A stretch of DNA of 64,000 nucleotides, taken from Rhizobiaceae bacterium (lineage in GTDB: Bacteria; Pseudomonadota; Alphaproteobacteria; Rhizobiales; Rhizobiaceae). The stretch is from the NCBI GenBank assembly GCA_019635775.1, contig JAHBYU010000003.1:87686-151685 (forward strand), read 5' to 3'. The position numbers were made by a program, and so were the translations under genes. Below, piece after piece: positions 8,699 through 19,329 of this stretch (the stretch's first letter is position 1; each line of letters begins with the position of its first letter). Under the pieces are notes generated by a model. The model saw only the letters and a program-made list of their open reading frames with translations. It was not told the DNA's origin and made no database searches.

Positions 8699-11600
8699 TC
8701 GCCGGCATCCTCGTCCGGCCCGTCCCCGCCGGAAGACCATTCGAGCACGCGCGCCAGATGGTCGTATTCGCCATCCATCTCGCCCTCACGGAACGGAACG
8801 GCGCGCGACAGGTATCCCGTGGTGGGCTCTGCGTAGTGTAGCAGCAGCCTTTCCAGACGCCCCCAGGCGTCTTCCGAAAGGTCGTCGGCTGACCTCTGCT
8901 TCTTACTGTATGTGAGGATCGTTTCGTGGATGACGTCACCGTTCGCCTTGAGGCGGACATAGGCGAGGTCGGCCGGCTGCAAGACACCCACCTCGCCAAA
9001 AGCGCCGCGTCTCAACAGCGCGCCCTCCAAAGCGAGTTGCGGCGACAACAACGTATGGGCCTGCGCCTTGGACGGAGACGATCCGGTCTTGAAGTCGAGA
9101 ATGTCGGCCATGCCGCCGGCCAGCAGATCGATGCGATCGGCGTAGCCGGACAAGGTGACGCCAGACGAGCCGACCTGCGTCTTGGTGGCGCGCGCCTCAG
9201 CGATCCGGCGTTGCACTATGCGGGCGCCGTCCCAACTGATGATGCTGCTGGCGAGCGCCCGGAAACGCGGCCACCATACGGCCTCCACGTCAGGCGGCAA
9301 TGCTGCCTCGGCAAAGCACGCGCGGCCTTGTGCCAGCAACATTTCCGGCGCGGCCGGGTCGTCTGGATCGATGCCGGATTCCGAAAAGCGATGCAGGATT
9401 TCGTGAAACAGCGTGCCCCTGTCCGACGCTTCCGGATCTCGCAGCAGTGGATCGAGGGCGAAAAGCTTGAGTACTCTTCTGGCATAGACGGCATAGGGGT
9501 CGCGGCGAAGCGTTTCGATCTCGGTTACGGAGAAGTGCTTCGGCCGGGCGGACAGCGCCGGTCTCGGTCGAGGTCGTCTCGCGAAGTCTGCTCGGGGGCC
9601 TGCATCGAGGCCGGTGGCCCAATCCAGCAGGCGCGCGCCTCTTGAGCGCATCGCCTCGGTCGCAGCGCTTCCCGCGAAAGTCGTCAGGCGCTGCAGCCAG
9701 CGCGAGGGAACGGCCGGGGCCTCGCCGGCGCGCGCCGAGCGGGTCAGGATAACGCGACGGGCACCCATGGCCATGACGAAATCATGGGCGGACTGGCCAA
9801 TGCGGCGCTCGGGCGGCTCCAGCGCGAGCCCGGACTTCATCGACCGTGACATGAAGCGGTCGGCCTCGGCGCGACGTGGCCAGTTTCCCTCGTTCAATCC
9901 TCCGATGACCAATGTATCGACACTTTGCAGGCGCGCTTCGAGCGCGCCCCAGATGGAAATCCGTTGATCTGCTCCGGGCGCCGGCTTGACGACCTCCGGG
10001 CCAAGCAGTGCCATAAGCACCGCGGGCCACTCCGCTGGTGAAAAATCGAAGGATGCCGAAGTCCCAATGAGGTCGCGCAGAATGCTGGCGAGCTTGTCGC
10101 CAGACTCGTTCGCGTAAAGGCCTGCCAGGCTTGCGTTCTCGTCGCGGCCAAGCGCCTCGAAGGCGGCAACGGTCGCCCGCATGATCCCGTTCAGGCTTAC
10201 GTCGCGGATATCCCGCAAGGCCGCGAGGCGCGCAACAGCATCCGTCAGGGCGCGCAAAACACGCCGCGCCGAACCGATGCGCTGTTCGCCAAGTCGACCG
10301 AACCAAAAGGGTTGGCGTGAAGCTCCCTTCGCTTCGACAAGACGCTTCTCGAAAAGAATGTCGAGCGTCGCAAGATCCGGCCGGCCAGTTCCGCCGCGAA
10401 GCGCCACCAGTTCGATAGTCTCCGCAGCATGTCGGACCAGGGTGCGCTCGAGGCCAAGGCCGATCAAAGGGTGCTTGAGCAGAGCGACGATGGGCACCGG
10501 GTCTCCGGGACGAAACACAGCCTCGACCAGAAGTCGCAGCAGCGTAGCCGGAGCCGTGTTCACAAGCGGCGTGCCGCCGGAATCGTCGGCGCGGACACCG
10601 AACCGCAGGAGTTCGGCCGAGACACGCCGCGCCAATTCGCGGTCACCCGTGACTAGCGCTGCCTTGCGGTTTTCGCCGGCAGCCTGCCTGAGCGCGATCG
10701 CGATCGCGGCCGCCTCGTCTCGTTCGCGAGGCGCTTCGACAAGCGTCACGTCGTCCAGTGCCTTGGTGATCTCCTCAGGCAAAAAGGCAGGACGACTGTC
10801 GGTCCAGCCATCGGTCGTTTCGGCAGGACGCAAAGCTTCGGCGACGAGACGATCCCGCCAGATATGAGCGGGCTCCGGCGCACCGATTTCATCAACGTCC
10901 AGGCGCGGAACGCCGATCCTGCCCAAAAGCCTGGCGAGGCCGTATTGAGGATGACCGAGCACTGCCGGCTTCGGTGTGTCCTGCGCCAGCACGGACCACG
11001 ATGCGTCATCCATCTGCTTGTCGAGTCCGGGGAGCACCACTGCGCCGTCGGGCAACCGCGCGATCGTTGCAAGCAACTCGGCCGTAGCCGGGATGGAGCC
11101 GGTGGAGCCCGCAGCTATGACAGGGCCATCGGGTGGACTGGCAAGCAGGCGCGCCGCCTCCATCCGGATTAGCGCGTTCCTGTGCGCTGCCGGATTTGAC
11201 CAACCCCGCTCCTGCAGGAAGTCCGGCCAATACCTGGTTACGATGGACAGGAAGTCGAGCGTCACCTGCCACCAGCCCGACAATGCGTCGGGTGCCAAAC
11301 CGGCGAGGTTGGTCCAGTTCGAGCCCTCCCTCTCCACTTCGTCCATCAGCGCCGCGAGGTCGCGCGCCAGCCAGATCGCGTCGGCAGCCGAGGCAGGCAC
11401 GACAACCTTTTCCTCAAAGCGTGCGGCAACTTCGGCAGGCAACCTGCTCTTCCACAGCCGGACCAGCGGGGCCAGATGCAGCAGTCGGTCGATCGCTCCT
11501 ATCGGCGGGGCGAGTTCAAGAGAACCGGCGCCCTGTTCTGCGAATGCGGCCTCCTCCTCGTCGAACTCGCCGAGCGGCTTTACCGTTGGAAGGATGGCCG

Positions 11601-11814
11601 TGCCCCCTGCGGAACGTTCGACAAAGATCGAGCGAAGTTCTCGCGCGGCGCGGCGCGTGGGGACGTAGATCGTCGCAGCCGCGAGCTTCAGGGGATCGCC
11701 GTCGAAGCGGAAACCCGGGACGAGACGGCCCGTGACCAGCGCATCCGCGAGCGTAGGTAGAAAAGCTGCACCCGGCGCGATCGTAAAGACCCGGGGAGGA
11801 ACCGGCCCGCTCAT
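8695..11814 (-). CDS. addB: double-strand break repair protein AddB (alphaproteobacterial type)
   Basis: 1039-aa ORF directly upstream of addA, with the C-terminal nuclease motif GYADRIDLL...ILDFKTG. Confidence 0.88.
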   Translation of the reverse strand: MSGPVPPRVFTIAPGAAFLPTLADALVTGRLVPGFRFDGDPLKLAAATIYVPTRRAARELRSIFVERSAGGTAILPTVKPLGEFDEEEAAFAEQGAGSLELAPPIGAIDRLLHLAPLVRLWKSRLPAEVAARFEEKVVVPASAADAIWLARDLAALMDEVEREGSNWTNLAGLAPDALSGWWQVTLDFLSIVTRYWPDFLQERGWSNPAAHRNALIRMEAARLLASPPDGPVIAAGSTGSIPATAELLATIARLPDGAVVLPGLDKQMDDASWSVLAQDTPKPAVLGHPQYGLARLLGRIGVPRLDVDEIGAPEPAHIWRDRLVAEALRPAETTDGWTDSRPAFLPEEITKALDDVTLVEAPRERDEAAAIAIALRQAAGENRKAALVTGDRELARRVSAELLRFGVRADDSGGTPLVNTAPATLLRLLVEAVFRPGDPVPIVALLKHPLIGLGLERTLVRHAAETIELVALRGGTGRPDLATLDILFEKRLVEAKGASRQPFWFGRLGEQRIGSARRVLRALTDAVARLAALRDIRDVSLNGIMRATVAAFEALGRDENASLAGLYANESGDKLASILRDLIGTSASFDFSPAEWPAVLMALLGPEVVKPAPGADQRISIWGALEARLQSVDTLVIGGLNEGNWPRRAEADRFMSRSMKSGLALEPPERRIGQSAHDFVMAMGARRVILTRSARAGEAPAVPSRWLQRLTTFAGSAATEAMRSRGARLLDWATGLDAGPRADFARRPRPRPALSARPKHFSVTEIETLRRDPYAVYARRVLKLFALDPLLRDPEASDRGTLFHEILHRFSESGIDPDDPAAPEMLLAQGRACFAEAALPPDVEAVWWPRFRALASSIISWDGARIVQRRIAEARATKTQVGSSGVTLSGYADRIDLLAGGMADILDFKTGSSPSKAQAHTLLSPQLALEGALLRRGAFGEVGVLQPADLAYVRLKANGDVIHETILTYSKKQRSADDLSEDAWGRLERLLLHYAEPTTGYLSRAVPFREGEMDGEYDHLARVLEWSSGGDGPDEDAGE

Positions 11815-12539
11815 GGGGCGGTTCGGCCTGCCTGTCTGACCGCTTCCTCAGCCGGCTCGATGGCCTCGGGCGTACCGACCGTTATCCAGCTGCCGGTCAT
11901 GGCCATGCCAAAGAGCCGCCTCCGGGATATTGCTTCATCGAAGAAACGGTTAAGCGATAACGGGCCTTTCGGCGCGCCGGCGAAGATCGCCGGATTTATG
12001 ATGCCTGCCCCTGCATAGATCAGACCGGACGGGTCGCCCTGCGCGCGGCGCAACGCACCCTGATCATCGATCAGGAAATCGGTGCTTCCACTGTGTCCGG
12101 TGGCGCAAGTCAGGTCTGCCAGCATCAGCAGAATATCCATCGCCGACGGGTCCCAGGCAAGGGCAAGCCGTTCGAGGTTGGGTTGGTCCCGATCCAGCCA
12201 GAACGTATCTGCGTTGAGGATATAGAAAGGCAGAGGTCCGAGTTCTGGCAAGGCCTTGACGATGCCGCCAGCCGAATCGAGCAGGCCGTCACGCTCATCC
12301 GAAATGACGATTCTCGGCGTCTGCCTTGTGGAAACATGAGAGACGATCTGCCCGGCGAGATAGTGTACGTTGACCACCGCCTTTTCGACGCCTGCAGCAG
12401 CGAGGCTGTCCAGCCCGCGATCCAGCAGCGTGCGTCCGGATATTTCCACGAGCGGCTTCGGTATGATGTCGGTGATCGGGCGCATGCGTTTGCCGAGCCC
12501 GGCAGCCAGCACCATCGCCGTCCTTGGCCGTTCTGTCAC
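11811..12539 (-). CDS. murU: nucleotidyltransferase family protein (MurU-like N-acetylmuramate-1-phosphate uridylyltransferase)
   Basis: The N-terminus VLAAGLGKRMRP is the sugar-nucleotidyltransferase signature. GTG start overlaps the upstream stop (GTGA). It is paired with a kinase-like gene as in AmgK/MurU. Confidence 0.7.
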   Translation of the reverse strand: MTERPRTAMVLAAGLGKRMRPITDIIPKPLVEISGRTLLDRGLDSLAAAGVEKAVVNVHYLAGQIVSHVSTRQTPRIVISDERDGLLDSAGGIVKALPELGPLPFYILNADTFWLDRDQPNLERLALAWDPSAMDILLMLADLTCATGHSGSTDFLIDDQGALRRAQGDPSGLIYAGAGIINPAIFAGAPKGPLSLNRFFDEAISRRRLFGMAMTGSWITVGTPEAIEPAEEAVRQAGRTAP

Positions 12540-14056
12540 GCGGTTTCCCCGATCAGGCCGTTTCGTTGGTAAAGGTCCCGCAGGGCGGAGAGCGCCGGAT
12601 GCATAAGCACGCGCTGCAAATAACTTCGGATGCGCGGAAGATGCTCCAGATAGGCTGGTTTTCCGTCGCGCTGGTGCAGCCGAACGAATATGCCGAGGAT
12701 CTTCGAATGCCGTTGCGCCGCCATGATTGCGTAGGCCTCGTCGAAGGAACTATCGTCGAACGCACCATACTTTTTGCGTGCCGCCTTGTAGGCTTCCACG
12801 GTCGAGCTCTCGAGCTCCGGCGGAATGGTAACGCGCGGGTCGAGCGCCAGCGATGCGATATCATATGCTGCCGGACCGATCAGGGCATCCTGGAAATCGA
12901 TGACGCCAAGCCGATCGTGCCCCTCCCTCTCCGGGCGCCAGATGAGGTTAGGCGACTGTACGTCGCGCAGGACGATGCTTTTTTCCTTGTCCGCCAGCCG
13001 GTCGAACAGGTCATTCCAGGCTGTCGTGTATGAAAGACGAAAAGCGTCGCTCGCGGGAGAGCCGGTCCTGAACGGAATATACCAGTCGGGTAAAAGGTCT
13101 ACCTCGATCATCATCGCATCACGATCGAAAAGGGGAATCGTGTAGTTGACGCCCTCCTCCAGCGCAATCTCACGAGGCCACTGACAGCGATGCAGGTCGG
13201 CAAGAAGTTCTGCCGCCGCAGCGTATCTATCCGCGACCGGTCGACCGTTGTCGAGGAAATTTCCATCGCCGAGATGCTCGATGAGCAGGAAGCCTCTCTC
13301 CAGGTCCTGAGCGAAGATTTCCGGCACCGAAACGCCTGCCTCGGCCAACACCCAAGCTATGGCGACGAATGCGGTCACTGTTTGCGCGGTGTGCGCGATC
13401 TCGGCATAGGGTTTTCCGTCGCGCACCGGCGGCCCGAGCACAAGACGCGGCGAGTTCATGAACACGCGCGGCTGTTCGCCGGGCTTCGCCACGACCTCAT
13501 ATGACCGCGCCGAGGCATCACCCGAAAAATGCCTACGCGTGGCATTCCCCCAGCCGGCGGCGGAAAGAAAGTCGCGCATGGCGAACGAGCGTTCGATCCT
13601 TTCGAAGAACGAGCCGCTGCCCTCCATCCGCATCAGCCGGCCATCACCGTGCTGCGCAAGTTCGAGCCAGACGGTACCTGCGGGGAGCCTGGTGCCTGCT
13701 CGGTCGGGCCACTCGATCAGCGCAGCGCCGGACGCCAGCATATCGTCGAGCCCCAACTCATCGAATTCCCCGGTCGAACCCAGCCTGTAGAGGTCGAAAT
13801 GATGGATCGGCACCCGGGTGTCATAGGACTGCACCAGCGTGAACGTGGGACTTGGCACCTCGTGGGAAACGTCATCCGCAATTGCCCTGACCAGCGCCCG
13901 TGCCAGCGTGGTCTTGCCTGTGCCGAGGTCGCCCGACAGGGCAAGCACGTCGCCGGCTCTAATCGCCATGGCGATGTCCTCGCCGAGCCTGGCCGTGGCT
14001 TGCTCATCAGGTAGATGCAGCCCAAGCATTTGCATCGCGTCCGGCGCTGCGCTCAT
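12536..14056 (-). CDS. fusion protein: TsaE-like P-loop ATPase (N-terminal) plus aminoglycoside-phosphotransferase-fold kinase (AmgK-like, C-terminal)
   Basis: The N-terminal GDLGTGKTTLARAL with HFDLYRL is TsaE-like. The C-terminal VLRDVQSPNLIW....VIDFQDA is an APH/choline-kinase-type catalytic loop. Confidence 0.78.
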   Translation of the reverse strand: MSAAPDAMQMLGLHLPDEQATARLGEDIAMAIRAGDVLALSGDLGTGKTTLARALVRAIADDVSHEVPSPTFTLVQSYDTRVPIHHFDLYRLGSTGEFDELGLDDMLASGAALIEWPDRAGTRLPAGTVWLELAQHGDGRLMRMEGSGSFFERIERSFAMRDFLSAAGWGNATRRHFSGDASARSYEVVAKPGEQPRVFMNSPRLVLGPPVRDGKPYAEIAHTAQTVTAFVAIAWVLAEAGVSVPEIFAQDLERGFLLIEHLGDGNFLDNGRPVADRYAAAAELLADLHRCQWPREIALEEGVNYTIPLFDRDAMMIEVDLLPDWYIPFRTGSPASDAFRLSYTTAWNDLFDRLADKEKSIVLRDVQSPNLIWRPEREGHDRLGVIDFQDALIGPAAYDIASLALDPRVTIPPELESSTVEAYKAARKKYGAFDDSSFDEAYAIMAAQRHSKILGIFVRLHQRDGKPAYLEHLPRIRSYLQRVLMHPALSALRDLYQRNGLIGETA

Positions 14057-16602
14057 TCAGCCGCGTCGCGCATGCCGGCGGGATTGATCGGGAAAAGGCA
14101 AGAAACGGTTGTGCCTTGCTCCGGCGCGGTATCGATTCGCACTGTCCCGCCGTGCAGCTCGACGAAGCTCTTCACGATCGACAGGCCGAGCCCTGCGCCA
14201 CGCCGCCTTCCTCCATTGGCGCGCGACTCGAAACGGCCGAACACCGTGTCGAGCACGTCCGGAGGTATCCCGGGACCATCGTCGTGTACGCTGAACTCCG
14301 TGCCGATCTCAAGTTGGCGACACGCGAGTTTGATGATGCTGCCTTCAGGTGCGTAGTTGGTCGCGTTGCCGAGGAGGTTGTAGAGGATCTGCCTGATCCG
14401 GATTTCGTCGCCAAGCATGATATCGGGCGCGAAGGCCGTTTCGAGCTTCAGGCTGATCGAATGCTCCTGCAGCCTGTCCGCGACGAGATCGGCGGCGGCA
14501 GTGATCGTCTTGCGTACGTCTACCTCGGCTATGTCGAGTTGCATGATGCCGGCGTCCACCGTGGCGAGATCGAGAATGTCGTTCACGATGGTGAGCAGCA
14601 CCGATGACGAAATGCCGATATGCTCGACATATTCGCGCTGCTTCGGCTGTAGCGGGCCGGTCTCAGGCAAGGACAGCAATTCTGTGAAGCCTATGATGTT
14701 TGTGAGTGGCGAGCGCAACTCGTAGGAGATGTGCTGCACGAAGTCGTTTTTCAGCCGATCCGCTTTTTCGAGCGCGTCGTTCTTTTCCTTCAGGGCCCGC
14801 TCGACATTCACGCTGTCGGTCACGTCCACGAAGGTGATCATCACATGCCCGTTCGGCAGGTGGCTTACTCCGTAACGCAGCACGGTGCCGTTAAGCAATT
14901 CGGCATGGCCGTCTCGGTTTAGCCGCTCCTCGTCGAACCCTGTGACGGCAGCGACGAATCCGGGCCAGGGGCTGTCCTTGGCGAGCGGATCGCAGCGCAG
15001 CCGGATCGCGGAAATGTGCATCTTCTGCACGACGACGTCGTCGGACAGGCTCCAGAGCGCATTGAAGGCCGGGTTGGATAGCCTGATCCGGCCGTCGGGC
15101 CCGAAGACGGCCACGCCTTCGGCAAGGTTGTCGAGTGTTTCTCCCTGGACGCGCACCGCTGTCGCGTACCGGCTTTCGAGATCGATCTTCTCGGTAAGGT
15201 TTTCGAATATCCAGGTAACGCCGCCCTTGGGCTGGGGATTGGCGACCACGCGTATCGTGCGGCCATCGGGGAGATGCCACAAATGCTCCTGGGGATCGAC
15301 CGAGCGGTAGGTCGAAAGCAGGTTTTCTTTCCAGCGACGCCATTCGGGCTGCTCGGCGATCTTGCCCTCGCTGCGAAGCCGGTCGACGAACAGCGCATTG
15401 TCCGGCGCACTGGTAAGGAACGCGAGGTCCAGCTCCCAAAGCTTCTGGAAGGCCTGATTGAAAAACCGAAGCTTCTGGTCCGCGTCGAAGATCGCGACGG
15501 CGGTCGTCAGGCGGTCGAGCGTGTCTGCATGGCTGCGCACCGTGCGCTCGTATTCCGCACGGATAGTGTCGATCTCGCTTTTGTCGACGGCGATGCCGGC
15601 TGATCCTTCGGCGCCCGAGAAATCGGTTACCGCGAAGACATGGCGGTCACCCGCGACCACCGTGGAGAGGGACTGGGTAAAGACCGGATTCGTCTGGTGC
15701 TGCTTCTCTATGGCCTCTCTGGCCTGAGTGCCGAGCAGTTCCCGGCTTTCCCTGATTGCTGTCTCCCGATCAGCGGCCTCGACAGCCCTAGCATACGCGC
15801 CGTTGACCCATTTCAGCTGGCCGTCCTTGCTTCTGACCCAGAAGGGGGTTTCCAGAGCCTCGATCAGGCCGAGAATGGTGACCTGTTCTGCGGATAGTTG
15901 CTGATTTTCGAGCTTCAGGCGCGCCTGTTGGCGCTGGCTGTCGGATAGGGAAAGGAAGCGCACGATGACATGGGCGGCCGTGCGCCGTCCCTGGACCTCT
16001 ATGGGTGCCCCATTCTGCGCTTCGATGACCAGATCGAATGCTGCTCCGCGCTCCCGCAGCGAAGCGACGGCGTTTTCGAGAGCCGCGGCGGAACGCGCCG
16101 TCAGCCAGCGCCCGAAGGCTAGGAACGAAGCCCGCTCGTCAGGTGCGCCACTTTCCGACGGCAGGCTGCCCAGCAGCTCAGGTTTTCTGTGTTCGTCGTT
16201 CCAGACGATCAGTCGCTGGTCGCGCAGGCCGAGCAACGCCTCCGAGCGACGGATCTCTCCGTTCAGGTCAGCTACTCGGGCACGCAGGGTGACGTTTTCT
16301 GCTGCCGTCCTGGCGCGCTCGCGGATCAGGACAATGGCCGATAGCAAAGCGGCGCCCATGACGCCGGCCAGCATCGAGAACTGAATCACCTCGAACGTTC
16401 CGAAGGAAAACAGCGTCGCGGCAAGACGGTCCTGTGCAAGAGCGGGTCCCGCAGCGAGCAGCGCAGTTCCTGATACGCTTGCTAAAGCAAATCGCCCCAG
16501 CCTGGAAAAACGTGGCTCAGTCGCATCCGGTTTGCCCTGCCCGGAATCCGTTTTGCGGCCGGAATCGACCTTTCCCGCCTGACGCGGGGTATCCCCCGGC
16601 AT
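14053..16602 (-). CDS. membrane-anchored multi-PAS sensor histidine kinase
   Basis: 849-aa ORF. H-box FVQHISYELRSPLTNI; HATPase motifs NLLGNATNY, DDGPGIP and GAGLGLSIV. The central PAS-like repeats are inferred from length and position only. Confidence 0.85.
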   Translation of the reverse strand: MPGDTPRQAGKVDSGRKTDSGQGKPDATEPRFSRLGRFALASVSGTALLAAGPALAQDRLAATLFSFGTFEVIQFSMLAGVMGAALLSAIVLIRERARTAAENVTLRARVADLNGEIRRSEALLGLRDQRLIVWNDEHRKPELLGSLPSESGAPDERASFLAFGRWLTARSAAALENAVASLRERGAAFDLVIEAQNGAPIEVQGRRTAAHVIVRFLSLSDSQRQQARLKLENQQLSAEQVTILGLIEALETPFWVRSKDGQLKWVNGAYARAVEAADRETAIRESRELLGTQAREAIEKQHQTNPVFTQSLSTVVAGDRHVFAVTDFSGAEGSAGIAVDKSEIDTIRAEYERTVRSHADTLDRLTTAVAIFDADQKLRFFNQAFQKLWELDLAFLTSAPDNALFVDRLRSEGKIAEQPEWRRWKENLLSTYRSVDPQEHLWHLPDGRTIRVVANPQPKGGVTWIFENLTEKIDLESRYATAVRVQGETLDNLAEGVAVFGPDGRIRLSNPAFNALWSLSDDVVVQKMHISAIRLRCDPLAKDSPWPGFVAAVTGFDEERLNRDGHAELLNGTVLRYGVSHLPNGHVMITFVDVTDSVNVERALKEKNDALEKADRLKNDFVQHISYELRSPLTNIIGFTELLSLPETGPLQPKQREYVEHIGISSSVLLTIVNDILDLATVDAGIMQLDIAEVDVRKTITAAADLVADRLQEHSISLKLETAFAPDIMLGDEIRIRQILYNLLGNATNYAPEGSIIKLACRQLEIGTEFSVHDDGPGIPPDVLDTVFGRFESRANGGRRRGAGLGLSIVKSFVELHGGTVRIDTAPEQGTTVSCLFPINPAGMRDAAE

Positions 16603-16758
16603 GTCTGTTCCTCTCCGCCGCCTACCGCAAGACTCGATCGCAAGACCGCCCCGGAAAGGGCATGACCACCGTTCCCCTGAACCGACAACTTCAACCGGTG
16701 GTGCCGCGAATCACCACAATACCCCCTACGCGAATCGGCGTGAAGAAGCGCACGCGGC

Positions 16759-16796
16759 AAAAATGAAGCCAGACGAAAAGTCAATCGCCTGGCTTC
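16759..16796 (-). terminator. rho-independent terminator downstream of ahcY
   Basis: On the minus strand, the stem GAAGCCAG...CTGGCTTC (8 bp, 16-nt loop) is followed by ATTTTTG. It lies 28 nt after the ahcY stop. Confidence 0.7.
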
Positions 16797-16823
16797 AATA
16801 TCTTGTGGCTCTTGAGGGTATCG

Positions 16824-18218
16824 TTAATAGCGGTAGTGTTCAGCCTTGAAGGGGCCCTGAGGCGCGACGCCGATATAGGCGGCCTGTTCGCTCGACAGTT
16901 CAGTGAGTTTCGCGCCGAGCTTGTCGAGATGCAGTCTGGCGACCTTCTCGTCGAGATGCTTCGGTAGCACGTAGACCTCGTTCTTGTACTGGCCGGGCTT
17001 CGAGAAAAGCTCGATCTGGGCGAGCACCTGGTTGGTGAAGGAGGCCGACATGACGAAGCTGGGGTGGCCGGTCGCGTTGCCGAGATTGAGCAGACGTCCT
17101 TCCGAAAGCAGGATCAGCCGCTTGCCATCCGGGAAGGAGATCATGTCGACCTGCGGCTTCACGTTGGTCCACTTCAGGTTGCGCAGGCCGGCGACCTGGA
17201 TCTCATTGTCGAAGTGGCCGATGTTGCCGACGATCACCATGTCCTTCATCGCCCTCATATGGTCGAGCGTTATGACATCCTTGTTTCCCGTGGTGGTGAT
17301 GACGATATCGGCCGTTGGCGCTGCGTCTTCCAGAGTGACGACTTCGAAGCCGTCCATCGCCGCCTGCAATGCGCAGATCGGATCGACCTCGGTGACCTTG
17401 ACGCGGGCGCCTGCGCCCTTCAGCGACGCGGCAGAACCCTTGCCGACGTCACCATAGCCGCAGACCACAGCAACCTTGCCGGCCATCATCACGTCTGTGC
17501 CACGGCGAATGCCGTCGACCAAAGATTCCTTGCAGCCATACTTGTTGTCGAACTTTGACTTCGTCACGCTGTCATTAACGTTGATGGCCGGGAAGGGCAG
17601 CAGGCCCTTCTTCTGGAGCTGGTAGAGGCGGTTGACCCCCGTTGTCGTTTCCTCCGTGACGCCGCGGATTGTATCGCGCTGCCGCGTGAAGAAGCCGGGG
17701 CTTGCCGCAAGCCGCTTCTTGATCTGGGCGAACAGGATTTCCTCTTCTTCATTACCCGGATTGGAAAGGACATCCTCGCCGGCTTCGGCGCGCGCGCCGA
17801 TCAGGATGTACATGGTTGCGTCACCGCCATCGTCGAGGATCATGTTCGAGGTGCCGCCATTGGTCCATTGGAAGATCTTGTCTGTGTAGTGCCAGTACTC
17901 TTCCAGCGTCTCGCCTTTCACGGCGAACACCGGAATACCCGCCTCGGCGATCGCGGCGGCCGCGTGATCCTGCGTCGAGAAGATGTTGCAGGAGGCCCAG
18001 CGAACATCCGCGCCAAGAGCCTTAAGCGTTTCAATCAGTACCGCCGTCTGGATCGTCATGTGCAGCGAGCCGGATATTCGGGCGCCCTTGAGCGGCTGCT
18101 TCTCTCCGAATTCCGCACGGCAAGCCATCAGGCCGGGCATTTCAGTTTCGGCTATCTCGATCTCCTTGCGGCCCCAGCTGGCGAGCGAAAGGTCGGCAAC
18201 CTTGTAATCCTTGGACAT
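16824..18218 (-). CDS. ahcY: adenosylhomocysteinase
   Basis: [31 protein letters not shown] matches the AhcY N-terminus. NAD-binding site [10 protein letters not shown]. The ATG at 18218 was chosen over the 11-codon extension. Confidence 0.95.
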   Translation of the reverse strand: MSKDYKVADLSLASWGRKEIEIAETEMPGLMACRAEFGEKQPLKGARISGSLHMTIQTAVLIETLKALGADVRWASCNIFSTQDHAAAAIAEAGIPVFAVKGETLEEYWHYTDKIFQWTNGGTSNMILDDGGDATMYILIGARAEAGEDVLSNPGNEEEEILFAQIKKRLAASPGFFTRQRDTIRGVTEETTTGVNRLYQLQKKGLLPFPAINVNDSVTKSKFDNKYGCKESLVDGIRRGTDVMMAGKVAVVCGYGDVGKGSAASLKGAGARVKVTEVDPICALQAAMDGFEVVTLEDAAPTADIVITTTGNKDVITLDHMRAMKDMVIVGNIGHFDNEIQVAGLRNLKWTNVKPQVDMISFPDGKRLILLSEGRLLNLGNATGHPSFVMSASFTNQVLAQIELFSKPGQYKNEVYVLPKHLDEKVARLHLDKLGAKLTELSSEQAAYIGVAPQGPFKAEHYRY

Positions 18219-18359
18219 TGTCTGCTCCGAAGTTGCATTCGCCGGCCGCATGGAGCGGGCCAGCCTTGTGGCAAGCGCGAGGTCATGCCCCCACGCGTGA
18301 ACGTGGCGTGTGCCTAGCAGATCGGCTCAAAATCGACAATGGGACATAAAGAAATCCTT

Positions 18360-18395
18360 ATTCGTGCATGTCACTGAAGGTTGTTTTGCACGAAT
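18360..18395 (-). terminator. stem-loop after the HPr gene (possible terminator or processing site)
   Basis: Perfect 9-bp inverted repeat, ATTCGTGCA (18360..18368) and TGCACGAAT (18387..18395). On the minus strand it is followed by AAGGATTTCTTTAT. Confidence 0.4.
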
Positions 18396-18437
18396 GGTCG
18401 GTATGGATGGTGCTGCAGGCGGGTCGGACGCGGACCG

Positions 18438-18752
18438 CTAGGCTTCTTCTCCGAAGCGCGTGGCGATCAGATTCTCGATCGCTGCGATGGCGGATTCTGC
18501 TTCAGGTCCGCTTGCTGTCACCCGGATCGAGCATCCAGGGCTCGCGGCCAACATCATCAGGCCCATTATCGACGTTCCGCCGACCTGGATGCCGTCCTTT
18601 TCCACACTGATCTTCGCCTGGAAGGAATCTGCAAGCTGAACGAATTTCGCTGACGCGCGCGCATGCAGGCCGCGCTGATTTATGATCAGGAAGTCACGGG
18701 CAATCACGCCATCGATATCCGCAGTGCCCGCTGACCCCATGACACTCCTCAC
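18438..18752 (-). CDS. ptsH: HPr-family phosphocarrier protein
   Basis: NQRGLHARASAKFV contains the phosphorylatable His motif, and GTSIMGLMML resembles the Ser46 region. GTG start overlaps the EIIA stop (GTGA). Confidence 0.85.
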   Translation of the reverse strand: MRSVMGSAGTADIDGVIARDFLIINQRGLHARASAKFVQLADSFQAKISVEKDGIQVGGTSIMGLMMLAASPGCSIRVTASGPEAESAIAAIENLIATRFGEEA

Positions 18753-19150
18753 TTCGTAGCGAGCAGTTGACTGGCGACGTTGATGTATTTCCGACCGGCG
18801 ACTTGCGCTTCCTCCACGGCAACGGCGAGATTATCACCCTTGCGAACGCTGGAAAGCTTTATCAGCATCGGCAGGTTCATTCCGGCGATTACCTCTATCC
18901 GGCCCGCTTCCATCACCGAGATCGCGAGATTGGAGGGCGTTCCGCCGAACATGTCCGTGAGGACGATCACGCCCGAGCCGTGCTCGACACGGGCAACGGC
19001 GTCGACGATATCGGCTCGACGTTTTTCCATGTCATCGTCAGGACCGATCGAGACTGTCTCGAAGCTCTCCTGCGGGCCGACGACATGCTCCACCGCGTTG
19101 CGGAACTCTTCAGCAAGCCGACCGTGCGTCACGAGCACAAGGCCGATCAT
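18749..19150 (-). CDS. manX: PTS EIIA component, mannose-type
   Basis: MIGLVLVTHGRLAEEF (the active-site His region of EIIA-Man) and LTDMFGGTPSN. Confidence 0.85.
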   Translation of the reverse strand: MIGLVLVTHGRLAEEFRNAVEHVVGPQESFETVSIGPDDDMEKRRADIVDAVARVEHGSGVIVLTDMFGGTPSNLAISVMEAGRIEVIAGMNLPMLIKLSSVRKGDNLAVAVEEAQVAGRKYINVASQLLATK

Positions 19151-19329
19151 ATTATCCCAGCTTTCGTCATCATCCGTTCACCGGCATTATTTGGAGCCAA
19201 GGCTCATTCCTCCGGGTTCACCGGTCGGCGGGGACGCTATCTTCTCCACGACCGTCGCGTTGACAAGCCCAAATCTGAAAGGAAAACGGCCATTTTGCCG
19301 CATCGCAGCATCCGATAGCCCCTATAGGC

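Noticed and set aside
18219-18360. Possible SAH riboswitch in the ahcY leader. Minus-strand segments such as GCGCTTGCCAC, AAGGCTGGC and ATGCAAC loosely recall conserved SAH-element strings.
   Set aside because: I could not build the required P1/P2/P4 pairings. No downstream segment is complementary to the CCTCGCGC segment, and the matches are short. A covariance-model search would be needed, so I make no call.
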